Positions 1 to 12,445 of a DNA stretch of 64,000 bases are shown here, one piece after another. Numbering within the stretch: the stretch's first letter is position 1; the number at the start of each line of letters is the position of its first letter. This stretch comes from Eledone cirrhosa. Its lineage: Eukaryota. A program made the position numbers and the translations under genes. The stretch is from NCBI GenBank assembly GCA_964016885.1, contig OZ024740.1, positions 290,098,001 to 290,162,000 of the forward strand, read 5' to 3'. The notes beneath the pieces are model-generated. The model was not told the DNA's origin. It made no database searches and saw nothing but the letters and a program-made list of their open reading frames with translations.

Positions 1-88
1 GCTACTGCTGCTGCTGCTCCTACTACTACTTCTGCTGCTGCTGCTACTACTACTACTACTACTACTACTACTGCGGCTACTGCTGCTG

Positions 89-180
<92 letters not shown>

Positions 181-183
181 CTG

Positions 184-215
<32 letters not shown>

Positions 216-255
216 GCTGCTGCTTCTGCTGCGGCTACTGCTGCTGCTGCTGCTG

Positions 256-344
<89 letters not shown>
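1..344. repeat. (CTA)n/(CTG)n compound microsatellite
   Basis: Directly visible; explains the poly-V/A ORF 152..364. Confidence 0.97.
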
Positions 345-345
<1 letters not shown>

Positions 346-390
346 TATACAAACACAAACACATTCACAAACTCAAATATATATATATTT

Positions 391-884
391 TTTATAAACA
401 ACAATCAAAGAGTGTTTTAGAACATTTAATCACTTACGATCGTTTCATCCAAGCACAAGGCCGATTTTTCGGAGTATATAGTAAAAGTTAAAACACAATT
501 ATAGTATCAGAAGTTTGTCAAAGAACATTTAAAGGATACATATTATGGGAAGTATTAACATTCATATAAGAGAAGATGGCAACTGTAGAAGAAGCATATA
601 AAAAATATGAGCATATAAATGCAAAAAGTGTTCTCTAGTATGAATGTTAATGCTTATGCTTACTTCCCATATTATGTATCCTCTAAATGTACTTTGACAA
701 ACTTCTGATATTATATTTGTGTTTTAACCTTTACTATATACACCGATGAATCCGGTCTTCTGCTTGGACGAAGCGATCGTAAGAGATAAAATGTTCTAAA
801 ACACTCTTTGATTGTTGTTTATAAAGTATTTCGGGTATGTAATATATAATGTAATTAGATAATATTTAATATTACCCACATTTT
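391..884 (+). mobile_element. Fold-back Penelope-like element remnant with degenerate minimal hammerhead
   Basis: Inverted arms 391-574/631-825 plus unpaired tail to ~884, between TA tracts. Right arm reads CCGATGA-ATCC..GGAC-GAAG-CGATCG-TA (743-781); the left arm gives GGAT-GAAA-CGATCG-TA on the minus strand. Confidence 0.75.
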
Positions 885-891
885 ATATATG

Positions 892-934
<43 letters not shown>

Positions 935-1023
935 GCATTCACTCACTCATACATATACATCCATTTCGCTCTCTTTTTCTCTCCCCCCTCTCTCTCTATA
1001 TATGCATATATATATATATATAT

Positions 1024-1095
<72 letters not shown>

Positions 1096-1098
<3 letters not shown>

Positions 1099-1441
1099 AG
1101 GGTGTTAAAGTTTGCTTGAAGCATTGTGAAATGTGTAAAATACGTATTTAAGAAAGCCACAACAATGCAGAGGGGAATCTTGAGGTAGGAAGTGAAAGAT
1201 AGATAGGAAAAACAGGTGAAAGTGAAAATTGAGAGAGACAAAGATGAAAACAAAACAAAGGTAGAAGGGTTACCGTAGTAGAGATTTAATCCCATTAAAT
1301 CTCTACTACGGTAACCCTTCTACCTTTGTTTTGTTTTCATCTTTGTCTCTCTCAATTTTCACTTTCACCTGTTTTTCCTATCTATCTTTCACTTCCTACC
1401 TCGAGATTCCCCTCTGCATTGTTGTGGCTTTCTTAAATACG

Positions 1442-1448
<7 letters not shown>
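1096..1448 (-). mobile_element. Near-perfect 155-bp palindrome with 40-bp tail in (TA)n
   Basis: Arms 1136-1290/1294-1448, loop CCC, one mismatch seen; unpaired 1096-1135; long (TA)n on both sides. Confidence 0.85.
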
Positions 1449-1517
<69 letters not shown>

Positions 1518-1519
<2 letters not shown>

Positions 1520-1692
1520 CGAAGGAAGTGTGGTAAGGAACCAGATTACTCAATACTTAGGGTAGTAGAGTGGGTAATAGGAAACTGTTCCCGATCCCGA
1601 CGGCAGAGCTCAAGCCGTTTCGACGCTATTTCTGGTACAGAAATAGCCGTCGAAACGGCTTGAGCTCTGCCGTCGGCGTCTTGAACATTTTC

Positions 1693-1693
<1 letters not shown>
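1518..1693 (-). mobile_element. Fold-back element carrying hammerhead 3' half and shared tail
   Basis: Arms 1597-1634/1638-1676; GAAA-CGGC..GCCG-TC at 1652-1674; tail CTCTAC..GTATTGAGTA on minus at 1547-1573; (TA)n flanks. Confidence 0.75.
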
Positions 1694-1738
<45 letters not shown>

Positions 1739-1753
1739 AGAGAGAGAGAGAAA

Positions 1754-1866
1754 GATATGTAAAATTCCGACCGGTTGGTGCCGCTGTCGGGATTTTACCT
1801 ATCTGTATACCCACTCTGCTGTATCTCCCAATGTATTATTGGTCTCCCTGGTCTCAGAGCCACAGG
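1754..1866 (+). mobile_element. Small fold-back element with tail in (GA)n/(CT)n
   Basis: AGATATGTAAAATTCCGAC pairs with GTCGGGATTTTACCTATCT; tail resembles those at 51325-51400 and 63430-63500. Confidence 0.55.
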
Positions 1867-1959
1867 CTCTCTCTCACTCTCTCACTCTCTTTCTCACTCC
1901 CTCTCTCTTTCTCTCTCTTTCTCTCTCTTTCTCTCTCTTTCTCTCTCTTTCTCTCTCTC

Positions 1960-2208
<249 letters not shown>

Positions 2209-2717
2209 TACACACACATATATATATATGCATACATCACCAATAGTCGTGTTCATTCAATTATTAAGAAAGTTCTAACCAGTCATCTGCAATTATGCAT
2301 TGCATCTCTGCAGCTGCAATCAGTGGTTGCAATTATACAGTTACGTAGTTGCAAATTGTCGCTGCAATTTTTACACTTCATTCGTACGCTGTATTCGTGT
2401 AGGTATGCAGCTGCCATTTCGGTAGGCACGACTACCCTGATATACTGCCACAATATGAAAAAAATATTGACATAGTAGAGATGCAGTAATTGAACAGCAA
2501 TACAACTGCAATCACTTTCCTAATTGTTCTTTTTTACAGATACAACTAGTCTATGCTATTATTGGCGCAGATATGGCTGTGTGGTAAAGGTGTTTGTTTG
2601 GTAACCAAGGGATTGTCGGTTCAGGTACGCTGCGCTACATCTTGGGCTCATGTCTTCTGATATATATATATGTCTTGTGAGTGAAGTTGCGTAGACAGAA
2701 AGTCCAGTAGTCTGTTC

Positions 2718-2764
<47 letters not shown>

Positions 2765-2767
2765 GCG

Positions 2768-2822
<55 letters not shown>

Positions 2823-2825
2823 AAT

Positions 2826-2877
2826 GGCTTCTACAGTACTAGAACTGTTTCATTCGGAGGAAATCATCAGGAAATCC
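2826..2877 (-). ncRNA. Type I hammerhead ribozyme inside fold-back element 2815-2972
   Basis: Minus strand: ggauuuc-CUGAUGA-uuuc cucc gaau-GAAA-cagu ucuagu acug-UA-gaagcc; complete core, stems I-III can form. Confidence 0.75.
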
Positions 2878-3010
2878 GGCTTTCCTGATGATTTCTGTAT
2901 CAAATATTTATACGCTGTTATGTATTGAGTACCTTATTTACTGTGGTTTCCCCCGATTGAACCCGGGATAAACATATATACGAATATATATATATATATA
3001 TATATATATA

Positions 3011-3057
<47 letters not shown>

Positions 3058-3573
3058 GCGCGCGCGCACACACAGGCTCACACCACACAGACGCATTCAC
3101 ACTACACACATATGTGTATGTGTGTGCGCGTGCATCTGTATGTCTGTGTTTATGTCCCGTAAACTAGCAGTTCGCCAGATGACTAATGGGTAAAAAAATA
3201 TACTGGGGTTGATATACTGGGGTTGATATGATTGACGAAGTGAAGGCGTTGCGACAGCATGGACGCAGACTGAGACTAGTAAAATAATTCTTCCATATTA
3301 TAACTGCAACAGTGTGCATGCCAGTAATTGTCCAGCTGTTTAGAAGCAATTATTTGCTCTAAGTGTGCAACTGTGAAATTTAAATGCGATATTTTTCATC
3401 TGCCATCTGAAACAATCAGAGATAATAGGAAGATTGTTGCTATCACACTTGCACACTTACAACAACAACAAAAAATTATAGCTGGATTGACACATACATA
3501 CACAAACGTGCACTCACACATAAATCTATCTATCCCCCTCTATCTCCCCCTCCCCCCCTCTCTCTCTCTCTCT

Positions 3574-3614
<41 letters not shown>

Positions 3615-3658
3615 AATGATATTAATAAATGGAAACTATATTTATAAAACCATATTTA

Positions 3659-3715
3659 TTCTATTATATACATTTCAAGGGTACCAAAACTTTGGCACGC
3701 ACTCATCAGATAAAA
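3659..3715 (-). ncRNA. Type I hammerhead ribozyme in TA-flanked element 3613-3797
   Basis: Minus strand: uuuuau-CUGAUGA-gugc gugccaaa gu uuugguac ccuu-GAAA-uguaua-UA-auagaa; 6-bp stem I, imperfect stem II base. Confidence 0.65.
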
Positions 3716-3794
3716 TACAAAGTTTGTTTTATAAATAGTGACATACCCAGGAATGACACCTTAACGGTTCAAGTTCCGTCTGGATATCCCTTTG

Positions 3795-3844
<50 letters not shown>

Positions 3845-3851
<7 letters not shown>

Positions 3852-4893
3852 ACTAGAAATTGATTGACATATATATATATATATTTAAAATAAACACATT
3901 AAACAATCACAGGGGATAATGTGTACAGTGTGTAAGCACACATAGCTAGGTAGGTAACTAATTAAAGTTTAACTAGAGCTTCAAATATTACCTTTTAATA
4001 ATGATTAATCTTCCTCATTAAAGAAATATATTTCACCAATTAATCCGTAAACTCACAGTAGTCAAATCTTGGATCTTCAGCAAGGAGAATATTCAACTAT
4101 CTGCGTTTACACATCAAATACAAATCTGCGAATGACCGGTCGCACGTGTTGCATCCCTAAAACTACACACATACACACATCGTGCCAACGTCATCCCAGC
4201 GTCATCCCTGTGATTGTTTCATGTATTTATTTTAAATATATATATATATATGTCAATCAATTTCTAGTTGATATAAAATGCTCGGTTCATTGGAATCTTT
4301 TAGCTTATTCTACGGTGGATATGGCGCATGTCTCGGACATGACTCCCTTAATTTAACGAAATTTTAGATATATTGTAGAGCTAACTTAGTTGAAAGGATT
4401 CGGCTGCTATTTCTAGCTGTCGATAACCCTATTCACGCCACTGGGATGACGCTGGCACGATGTGTGTAGTTTTAGGGATGCAACATGTGTGCCTAGTCAT
4501 TCGCAGATTTGCATTTGATGTGTAAACGCAGATAGTTGAATATTCTCCTTGCTGAAGATCCAGGATTTGGCTACTGTGAGTTTACGGATTAATTGGTGAA
4601 ATATATTTCATTAATGAAATATATACAAGGAAGTTTAATCATTTTTAAAAGGTAATATTTGAAGTTCTAGTTAAACTTTAATTAGTTACCTACCTAGCTG
4701 TGTGTGATTACACACTGTACAAATTATCCCCTGTGATTGTTTCATGTGTTTATTTTAAATATATATTCATATGTCAATCAATTTCTAGTTGATATAAAAT
4801 GCTCGGATCTATTCATTGGAATCTTTGAGCTTATTCTACGGTGGATATGGCGCATGTCTCGGACATGACTCCCTTAATTTAACTAAATTTTGG
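3845..4893 (+). mobile_element. Large fold-back Penelope-like element
   Basis: Arms ~3845-4199/4441-4796, tail 4797-4893; the spacer holds a partial duplicate of arm end plus tail (4204-4372); TA flanks; homologous to 60744-61577. Confidence 0.8.
4546..4631 (+). ncRNA. Type I hammerhead ribozyme
   Basis: uccuug-CUGAAGA-ucca..uggu-GAAA-uauauuuca uuaa ugaaauaua-UA-caagga; perfect 6-bp stem I and 9-bp stem III. Confidence 0.8.
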
Positions 4894-5011
4894 ATATATA
4901 TATATATATATTTTATTTTAACTTTTATTTCCCACTTCATGTTTTATCTTTTTCTCCTTTTTTCCACTAACTCCTTCCTCAGGCCTTCTCAGAGTTCCTC
5001 CCCCCACTCTC

Positions 5012-5041
5012 CTGATGAAGAGCTTATGACCGAAACGTCGC
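5012..5041 (+). ncRNA. Degenerate minimal hammerhead core in TA-flanked element 4911-5130
   Basis: CTGATGA-agagcttatgacc-GAAA-cgtcg; stems imperfect. Confidence 0.45.
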
Positions 5042-5129
5042 ACCGAAACCCCCACTCTCACTAAGCGTGAACCTAATACCATTTGTAACTTGTACTTCTG
5101 CGTTGTTGTTTGTTGTTTTTTGTATTCTG

Positions 5130-5166
<37 letters not shown>

Positions 5167-5173
<7 letters not shown>

Positions 5174-5378
5174 AGAGTCAGGACCTCGACGGCTGAGCTC
5201 CGGCCGTTTCGACAGCTAGATCCGACATCTTAACGGACGTCTCCGCTGACTGGCAACAGATCTGGAGCTCAGCCATCGGAGTCCTGACTCTTTTCATATT
5301 GTCCACTTCTCTACCCTACGTTTTGAGCACTCTCATGCGTTATGGTCCAACTCTTATCTTACCACACCCTGTTTGTTA
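5167..5378 (+). mobile_element. Fold-back element with hammerhead 3' half and shared tail
   Basis: Arms 5167-5200/5265-5298; minus strand GAAA-CGGC..GCCG-TC; tail CTCTACCCTACGTTTTGAGCAC; relatives at 29380 and 62697. Confidence 0.75.
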
Positions 5379-5539
5379 TATATATATATATATATATACA
5401 TTCAGACACACATGTATATATACACATACATTATCAGAATGTATATATATAATTACATGTACCTATGTATGTGTATATATATATAAACATCCTCATCATC
5501 ATCAACATCATCATCGTCGTCATCAACATCCTTCTCCCC

Positions 5540-5577
<38 letters not shown>

Positions 5578-6065
5578 CCATCACCACCACCACCGCCATA
5601 ATTATGATCACATTATCGCGTCACTCACTTTATGAGTGAGATGTTTGATAGTTCTATGCAGGACACAGAAGCCATATTTTAGGTGAAGTATGAGGAGTAT
5701 TAGTGATAGTGGTGGTAATGATATGGTTACACATCTCCTGACACCCTTCTACTGTGTACTGATTCTCCTTTTTATGTCCAGTATACGAACAGCGCCTCCG
5801 CACAGCTCTTGACAAAGGGTACGATCAGTAGCAACATCCTACATGTCTCCGGGTCTGATCTTACGCCTCCCCAAAGAGCTCTTCATAACGTCTCTTCTGC
5901 CCTTTAAGTGAGGTTTGCCCGTGTTGTAATCAACCTTATGTCAGTCTGTAGAAGCGTCGGCTGAAATGTTCATAAGTTGGACAAGAAAGTCTTATGGAAT
6001 GACCAAATGAGGTTGAATTTTCAACATAGCCCCTGGACAGAAAGAGGACAGTTATTGAAATTAAT

Positions 6066-6258
6066 TGTTTCTACTTTAGGCACAAGGCCAGCAATAACCC
6101 AGTACATTACTGGTACTTTATTTTATCGACCCCGTAAGGATGAAAGGCAAAGTTAACCTCGGTGGGATTTGAACTCAGACTGCAAAGGGACGTAACTATG
6201 CTAGAAAGCATGGCGTCCGACCCTCTACCGATACTGCCAATTCACCGCCCTAGTCACC
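6066..6258 (-). mobile_element. tRNA-headed SINE with 19-bp TSD
   Basis: A-box TGGCAGTATCGG, B-box GAGTTCAAATCC, tail GGCCTTGTGCCTAAAGTAGAAACAATT; TSD GACAGTTATTGAAATTAAT at 6047 and 6259. Confidence 0.9.
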
Positions 6259-6490
6259 GACAGTTATTGAAATTAATACATGCAAGATTTCACAGCGCTA
6301 GCATCACTCCTTCATAATCAGTCGATGAACTTTTCAGCAGATCCTTGTAAAACAGCCGACTTTGTTATATCCTTATCTAGGGCTCCATGTAATCATGTGA
6401 CATATAACCACAATATGTTTGCAGTTGATCTTTGTAATTAATTCGTCGATTCTCCCTCACTTCAAACGTTGGCATATGATTGATTTCCTT

Positions 6491-6705
6491 GAGGGTGGCA
6501 GATTGGCAGTATCGGTAGAGCGTCGGACACGATACTTTTCAGCATAGCGTTACTCCCCTTTATGATCTGAGTTCAAATCCCGCCGAGGTTAGCTTTGCCT
6601 TTTCCTTATGTGGTCGATAAAGTAAAACACCAGTAATGCACTGGGGTCGATTTAATCGACTATCCCCTCCCCCCAAATTGCTGGCCTTGTGCCTATAGTA
6701 GATAT
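6491..6705 (+). mobile_element. SINE, longer variant (duplicate at ~12678-12892)
   Basis: Same A/B boxes and core; TSD CATATGATTGATTTCCT. Confidence 0.88.
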
Positions 6706-7645
6706 CATATGATTGATTTCCTCAATGTGAGAGATGGTGCTGTAAAAGTGCAGATCACTGGACTGGCCAACGAATAATTGCTTTAAGCGCCGCTCATTAA
6801 GGTTGAAGGTCTCAATAAAAAGATATTAAATTGCAGATGCTTGAAAAATAAAAAAAGAAACAACTAAGTATCAAAACCATTTAGCTATTAATGGTGCCGG
6901 AACTTTGACTGAACTCATGGAACAAGAGAATGCCTATATCAGTTGTACTTTATAAGCCAAAGCGCTGAGTTTGTTTGAGTTCTTTGAGTGTTGGATATTT
7001 GTTCTGGGTCTCTACATTCTGAGATCATATCCGAAGTACTCTTTGCCATTCGTTTTTTCGAGGTCGGTAAAGAAAGTACCAGATCAGTCCATATGCATCC
7101 CTCGTTTCTTTCAGTTGTTAAATCCTGGATGTTTCGCTGAATAAAATAAGGGAGTGAAGGTCAAAAGGGTGTCCATTCTGCTCGCGATTTCATGGGCACA
7201 TACAGCTCTTAGCGAAACATGATACACTACCAAGTTATACGCGATTGCGAGTGACGGCCGTCTACTGCTGCTCTATAAGCCAGCAGCCCAATCCATTAGT
7301 CATTAAAGCAGGAACAACCAAGTGTAACTTAATAATTTATACATCACCCATAACTTGTTTAATAGCATGCACAATGTTAAACAGATAACTTTGAACAGAT
7401 CTATATCTATCAGGGAGCATTGGAGGCGGTCCAGAGTAAAGAGCAAAAGACAATGAGGACCGAACAGAATGAATGGTTGAATAAAGGGGCATGAAATCTA
7501 TTCCATTGTCGATAAAAAGGATATGCATAATAATATTTAGAATGTTGTGAAAATTATTTATGGCCTGATAAATCGCTACAACGTTTCCGTGAAAACAGCG
7601 AGTAGCATAACACCTCTGAAGAAACAAAATAGCATCTGGCTAGAT

Positions 7646-7938
7646 CAGTGGTTCTTAACCTTTTTTTTTGCCAGCGGCACACCTTGGAACACATGTAAAA
7701 ATAGCGGCACATCTGGCTAAATATATATGAAAAATATTTGAATTTTACAAAATAAAAACATGGCAAGTCATAGACTGCATACAACCATAGACACAGACTG
7801 GTCATAGACATAGAATGACTCAAACTAAATATAGAAAAACACAGCTATGAACTTACTTTCGCATTTTCTTGGTGTGCCGTTCAAAATTTCGCGGCTAAAT
7901 TAGGAAGTGTGCCGCGGCATACTGGTTGAGAATCTCTG
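7646..7938. mobile_element. hAT-Charlie-like MITE
   Basis: Termini CAGTGGTTCTTAACC / GGTTGAGAATCTCTG with 8-bp TSD GGCTAGA(T/C). Confidence 0.8.
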
Positions 7939-8152
7939 GGCTAGACCAACACTTCTTAAACTGTTAAACTGTCTGTAGTGTAGTGTAGAGTTTGCATGGA
8001 ATACAGACATACAGATACAGTCACACACCCACACAAACACAGCCACACACACACACACATACACATGCATACATACTCTCCACACCATATGTATGTATGT
8101 ATATAAGTATGTATGTATGCATGTATGTATGTATGTAAATACATATGTATGC

Positions 8153-8185
<33 letters not shown>

Positions 8186-8194
8186 TATATATAT

Positions 8195-8230
<36 letters not shown>

Positions 8231-8260
8231 ACACACATACATATGTATATATATATACAC

Positions 8261-8297
<37 letters not shown>

Positions 8298-8344
8298 TTT
8301 ACACACACACATATATATATACATACACACACATATATATACAT

Positions 8345-8387
<43 letters not shown>

Positions 8388-8582
8388 CATACATATATAT
8401 ATATTTATTGTGAGGGAGAGGGAGAGAAAGAAAACAACATTTACGCAAAATCTAAATCCTTTTATTAAATAAAACATACGTATATACATACTACCTGCAC
8501 TACACACATAAATATATGTAACATTTACATGTACACACATTAGTATTCACATACATAGATACACAAATAGGTATTCAGAATG

Positions 8583-8757
8583 AGGCACAAGGCCAGCAAA
8601 TACCCAGTACATTACTGGTACTTTATTTTATCGATCCCCGTAAGGATGAAAGGCAAAGTTAACCTCGGTGAGATTTGAACTCAGAATGGCAAGGGCCGTA
8701 ACTCTATACGTCAAAGCATGGCGTCCGACCCTCTACCGATACTGCCAATCCACCGCA
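8583..8757 (-). mobile_element. SINE (duplicate at 14772-14946)
   Basis: Matches SINE consensus. Confidence 0.88.
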
Positions 8758-8953
8758 CCTGATTCACGGCACAGATACACATTAATGAAACCAGTAAACA
8801 TACACGTATCGATAATACACATTGACCCATGCATATACATATACACATTCTCACACCAGAAAAGATATACAAGTAGACGCAGAAGCACAAAATACCTTCA
8901 ATCTCGCATACGAACATGCTTCCCCGCCCTCCTCTCTCTCGCACACACACACA

Positions 8954-9026
<73 letters not shown>

Positions 9027-9120
9027 TCTCTCTCCACACACACACACACGCATACATAGAAACACATACACACAGCACACGAATACATATATACATACAT
9101 CTATACAAAGCACAAACACG

Positions 9121-9178
<58 letters not shown>

Positions 9179-9390
9179 CATACTCACATACATATACTGT
9201 ACATAGACTTACATAAAAACACACACCCATATACAACAACACGTCTGAAATGACACCCCATATAACTTATATTCTCGGACACTCAGATATACAGATTTAC
9301 CAGAACCTACTGAAACACACTCTCAATACAAACATACATAGACATCTACACACATACAGACTCACTTACAGACACACGCGCACACACACA

Positions 9391-9474
<84 letters not shown>

Positions 9475-9499
9475 TCACTGAAACACACATACAGAGTAC

Positions 9500-10080
9500 T
9501 GTGTTGGATCTCAGCCGTTTCCTACAACGTATGTTCCAGTTGTTTGATCAATGACACAGCCTGAGCATTCCGCAAACACTTATACCCATAATATAATTCT
9601 CAGGAAGATTTAGCATGACAAAATGTATGTCGAGCCTAAAGTCTAAAGTTTGTCTGTCTAAAGCCAGAATGCTCGTTAGACCAGTGCTTATCTCGGTACC
9701 ATGGCGTGAAGTGACTAAGAGTACAAGACTCCCCCTGGACAGGACGCTAGTATCTTGCTGGTACTCATTCCCAGCTGAGTATACAGGAGCAAATGGAAAT
9801 GAAGTGTTTTGCTCAAAAGTTCAACACGCAACCCAGCCCAGGAATTGAACGCATAACATTATGATCGTAAGTCCAACACCCTTACCACTAGGCCACGCAC
9901 CTCCACATGTCGAGTCTGGCCCTTTGGATTACAGCACCACTCATTTTTAACAACTGAGTCGGCTGGAGAAACTCAAAATAATATGTTTTGCTCAATGTTA
10001 CAACTCGCTGCCGGGAATTGAACTCGCGCCGTTACGATGTGGAGTAGAACACACGAGCCATTAAGCTACGCGCCTTCACA
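9500..10080 (-). mobile_element. Nested older tRNA-headed SINE-like repeats (duplicate ~15695-16275; relative at 43895-44186)
   Basis: Two tRNA-like heads on minus (GTTCAATTCC B-boxes near 9845 and 10018) and similarity to 43895-44186. Confidence 0.6.
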
Positions 10081-10807
10081 GTACATTCAAAGGGACGCCT
10101 TCACAAGCCTCATTTACAACAGATAACACAACTGTATATTTTCAAGGACAGAGCTGAGGGTGATATTTATAGGGACTGAATAATATCTCACTACATAGGT
10201 GGATGATTACATTGTGAACTTTTAATTAAAAAGAATTCGTGTACTAAGTTAATACAATGCCAATGTATTCTGTCAAAATTTACACTCTGTATCTATCGAC
10301 CCAGCCAACATCTATACAGTTAACTACTTATATTAGTAGATAACAATAAATAATAATTTAATACGTCGGTAATAATGACCCTGGAGACAGGAAAGGAACT
10401 GGCTACACATTTATCACTTATTACTCATTGGTCAGAGATACCGAGATACCTGAAGGAACTGAACTACACATTTATCAATTATTACTTATAACTGTCTCCA
10501 ATGCCCGCAATGCGTAGGAGAGGAAGATAGGTCAATACTGGGGCCTGGCCGATCGCTTCCTCTTTAGACCAGTCTCTCTCGATACGTTAGTGACTACATT
10601 TATTGCTATTTTGTGAAAGACAGAAAAAAAAGGAGAGACACAATATAACAAAATAACAAAAGTAATGATTGAGGAGATTACAGAATGTGTGACGAAAGAG
10701 ATTTGATGACAATCAACTACTAATTAACTTTCCCGTTATTAAACTAACTGACTGGAAAATTATAGTAATAATGTGAAGTGAAATCCAACAGGTGCAATTA
10801 TATTTTA

Positions 10808-11349
10808 CTAGCAGAAAAACCACCCTTCGGGTGGTTTTCTGCTAGCATGTGTAGCGTGTATATTGATATTATACGGAAGTATATATACATGTAGATATGA
10901 TACATCAAATAAAATAGTAATTGACAATATAAACAGAAATTGAACGAAGACTTTGTTACACTGTCTTATGGAATCAGTAACGTAATCCATGATACATTAA
11001 AAAAAGATGATATTATATATAAACTGCATTAGGAGAAAATTAGTGACAGAAAAATAGTATGTTTATTTAAGTGATCGCCACCGGAAGTGTTGACATCACA
11101 CACTCTCTCTTTCTATATATATGGTAGTTGAAGTTTGGTGGCAACGATATACCGGAAGTGCAACTTTGAAAAGAAGTCAATTTTAAATTATTTATTTTTA
11201 CGAAATTATTTTTGTTTACGAAATTTAGTAGATAAATTATGTAATATTCATTCATTATTTATTCAAAGTAATCCGACTTATTTTACTAACGGGATAAACA
11301 AAACAAAACCGTACGCCGTCCCGCAGACCTTCCTTTATTATAGTTTAGA
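10808..11349 (-). mobile_element. Non-autonomous Helitron/Helentron-like element
   Basis: Minus strand begins TC and ends CTAG with a terminal palindrome, at an A|T site with no TSD; three copies in the window. Confidence 0.75.
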
Positions 11350-11462
11350 TGGGCAGCATGACCTTCCTAAAGTATAACAATATCGTTTCAACTCACATTT
11401 TCAGATAAAAAAATCTTCCAAAACAAATATAAAACAGATATATATATACACATATATATATA

Positions 11463-11569
<107 letters not shown>

Positions 11570-11881
11570 GCATACATACAAATGGTCTAGACCGGATTAA
11601 TTTAATTTATTTTCTTCGACTTTTCAACATAAGCCTTGGGTTCTCTGGGAAACACAAGCTGCTACTTTGAGTGCTTGTGATAGATACCTCCCTTTTCACT
11701 TACATTATTTAAGGTGTTTGTCTATTTATAGATATTTTCGTGATTACCAAACCTTAGAACTCTCCTATCATTTCTAAAATCTTCAAGGCGGGAAGCCATT
11801 TTAAATTTTTGACAGGATGAATGTGTAGGGGTTAAACAACTCAAACGAAACTTAAGTAGCTGTACATGTCACTGTTGTAAC

Positions 11882-11924
<43 letters not shown>

Positions 11925-11925
<1 letters not shown>

Positions 11926-11946
11926 AACCCATACTAGGCCCGTCAA

Positions 11947-12002
<56 letters not shown>

Positions 12003-12167
12003 TATAATAAGTTGACGGGACTGGCATAGGTTTCACTGCTAGTATATACATATATTTATATACATATATACATATATGTATGTATATATTATCATTTAAG
12101 TAATTTTTGTCTGGTAGTATAGGTAGATTATGCTGTGCTGATGAGTTCTAATAATACAGAAACCTAT
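11925..12167. other. Hairpin enclosing (TA)n plus hammerhead-like core (duplicate 18091-18335)
   Basis: Arms 11925-11951/12007-12033; ATAGG-TA..CTGATGA-gt..aca-GAAA-CCTAT at 12119-12167. Confidence 0.5.
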
Positions 12168-12252
12168 TCGTAATTTTCATGATTCACGCAAGAACCAATT
12201 TAATTTCTAATGCATTACACATATTATATCTTCAGTTAATTTGAATTAATAA

Positions 12253-12445
12253 TTGTTTCTACTTTAGGCACAAGGCCAGCAATTACCAGTGCATTACTGG
12301 TACTTTATTTTATCGACCCCGTAAGGATGAAAGGCAAAGTTAACCTCGGTGGGATTTGAACTCAGACTGCAAAGGGACGTAACTATGCTAGAAAGCATGG
12401 CGTCCGACCCTCTACCGATACTGCCAATTCACCGCCCTAGTCACC
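12253..12445 (-). mobile_element. Hybrid SINE at duplication junction
   Basis: Left flank and tail match the 18422 copy; head and right flank match the 6066 copy; no matching TSD. Confidence 0.9.

Noticed and set aside
6491-6590. tRNA gene or U4 snRNA-like TGGCAGTATCG
   Set aside because: It is the A/B-box head of a multi-copy SINE; no cloverleaf or extended U4 match.
7337-7823. Minus-strand ORFs of 96 and 89 aa, present twice
   Set aside because: No recognisable domain, they overlap a MITE, and the second copy is due to the tandem duplication.
7900-9564. Many overlapping 100-190 aa ORFs (YI/HT/CV repeats); similar ones at 14087-15677 and 58092-60833
   Set aside because: Translations of TA/CA/TATG microsatellites.
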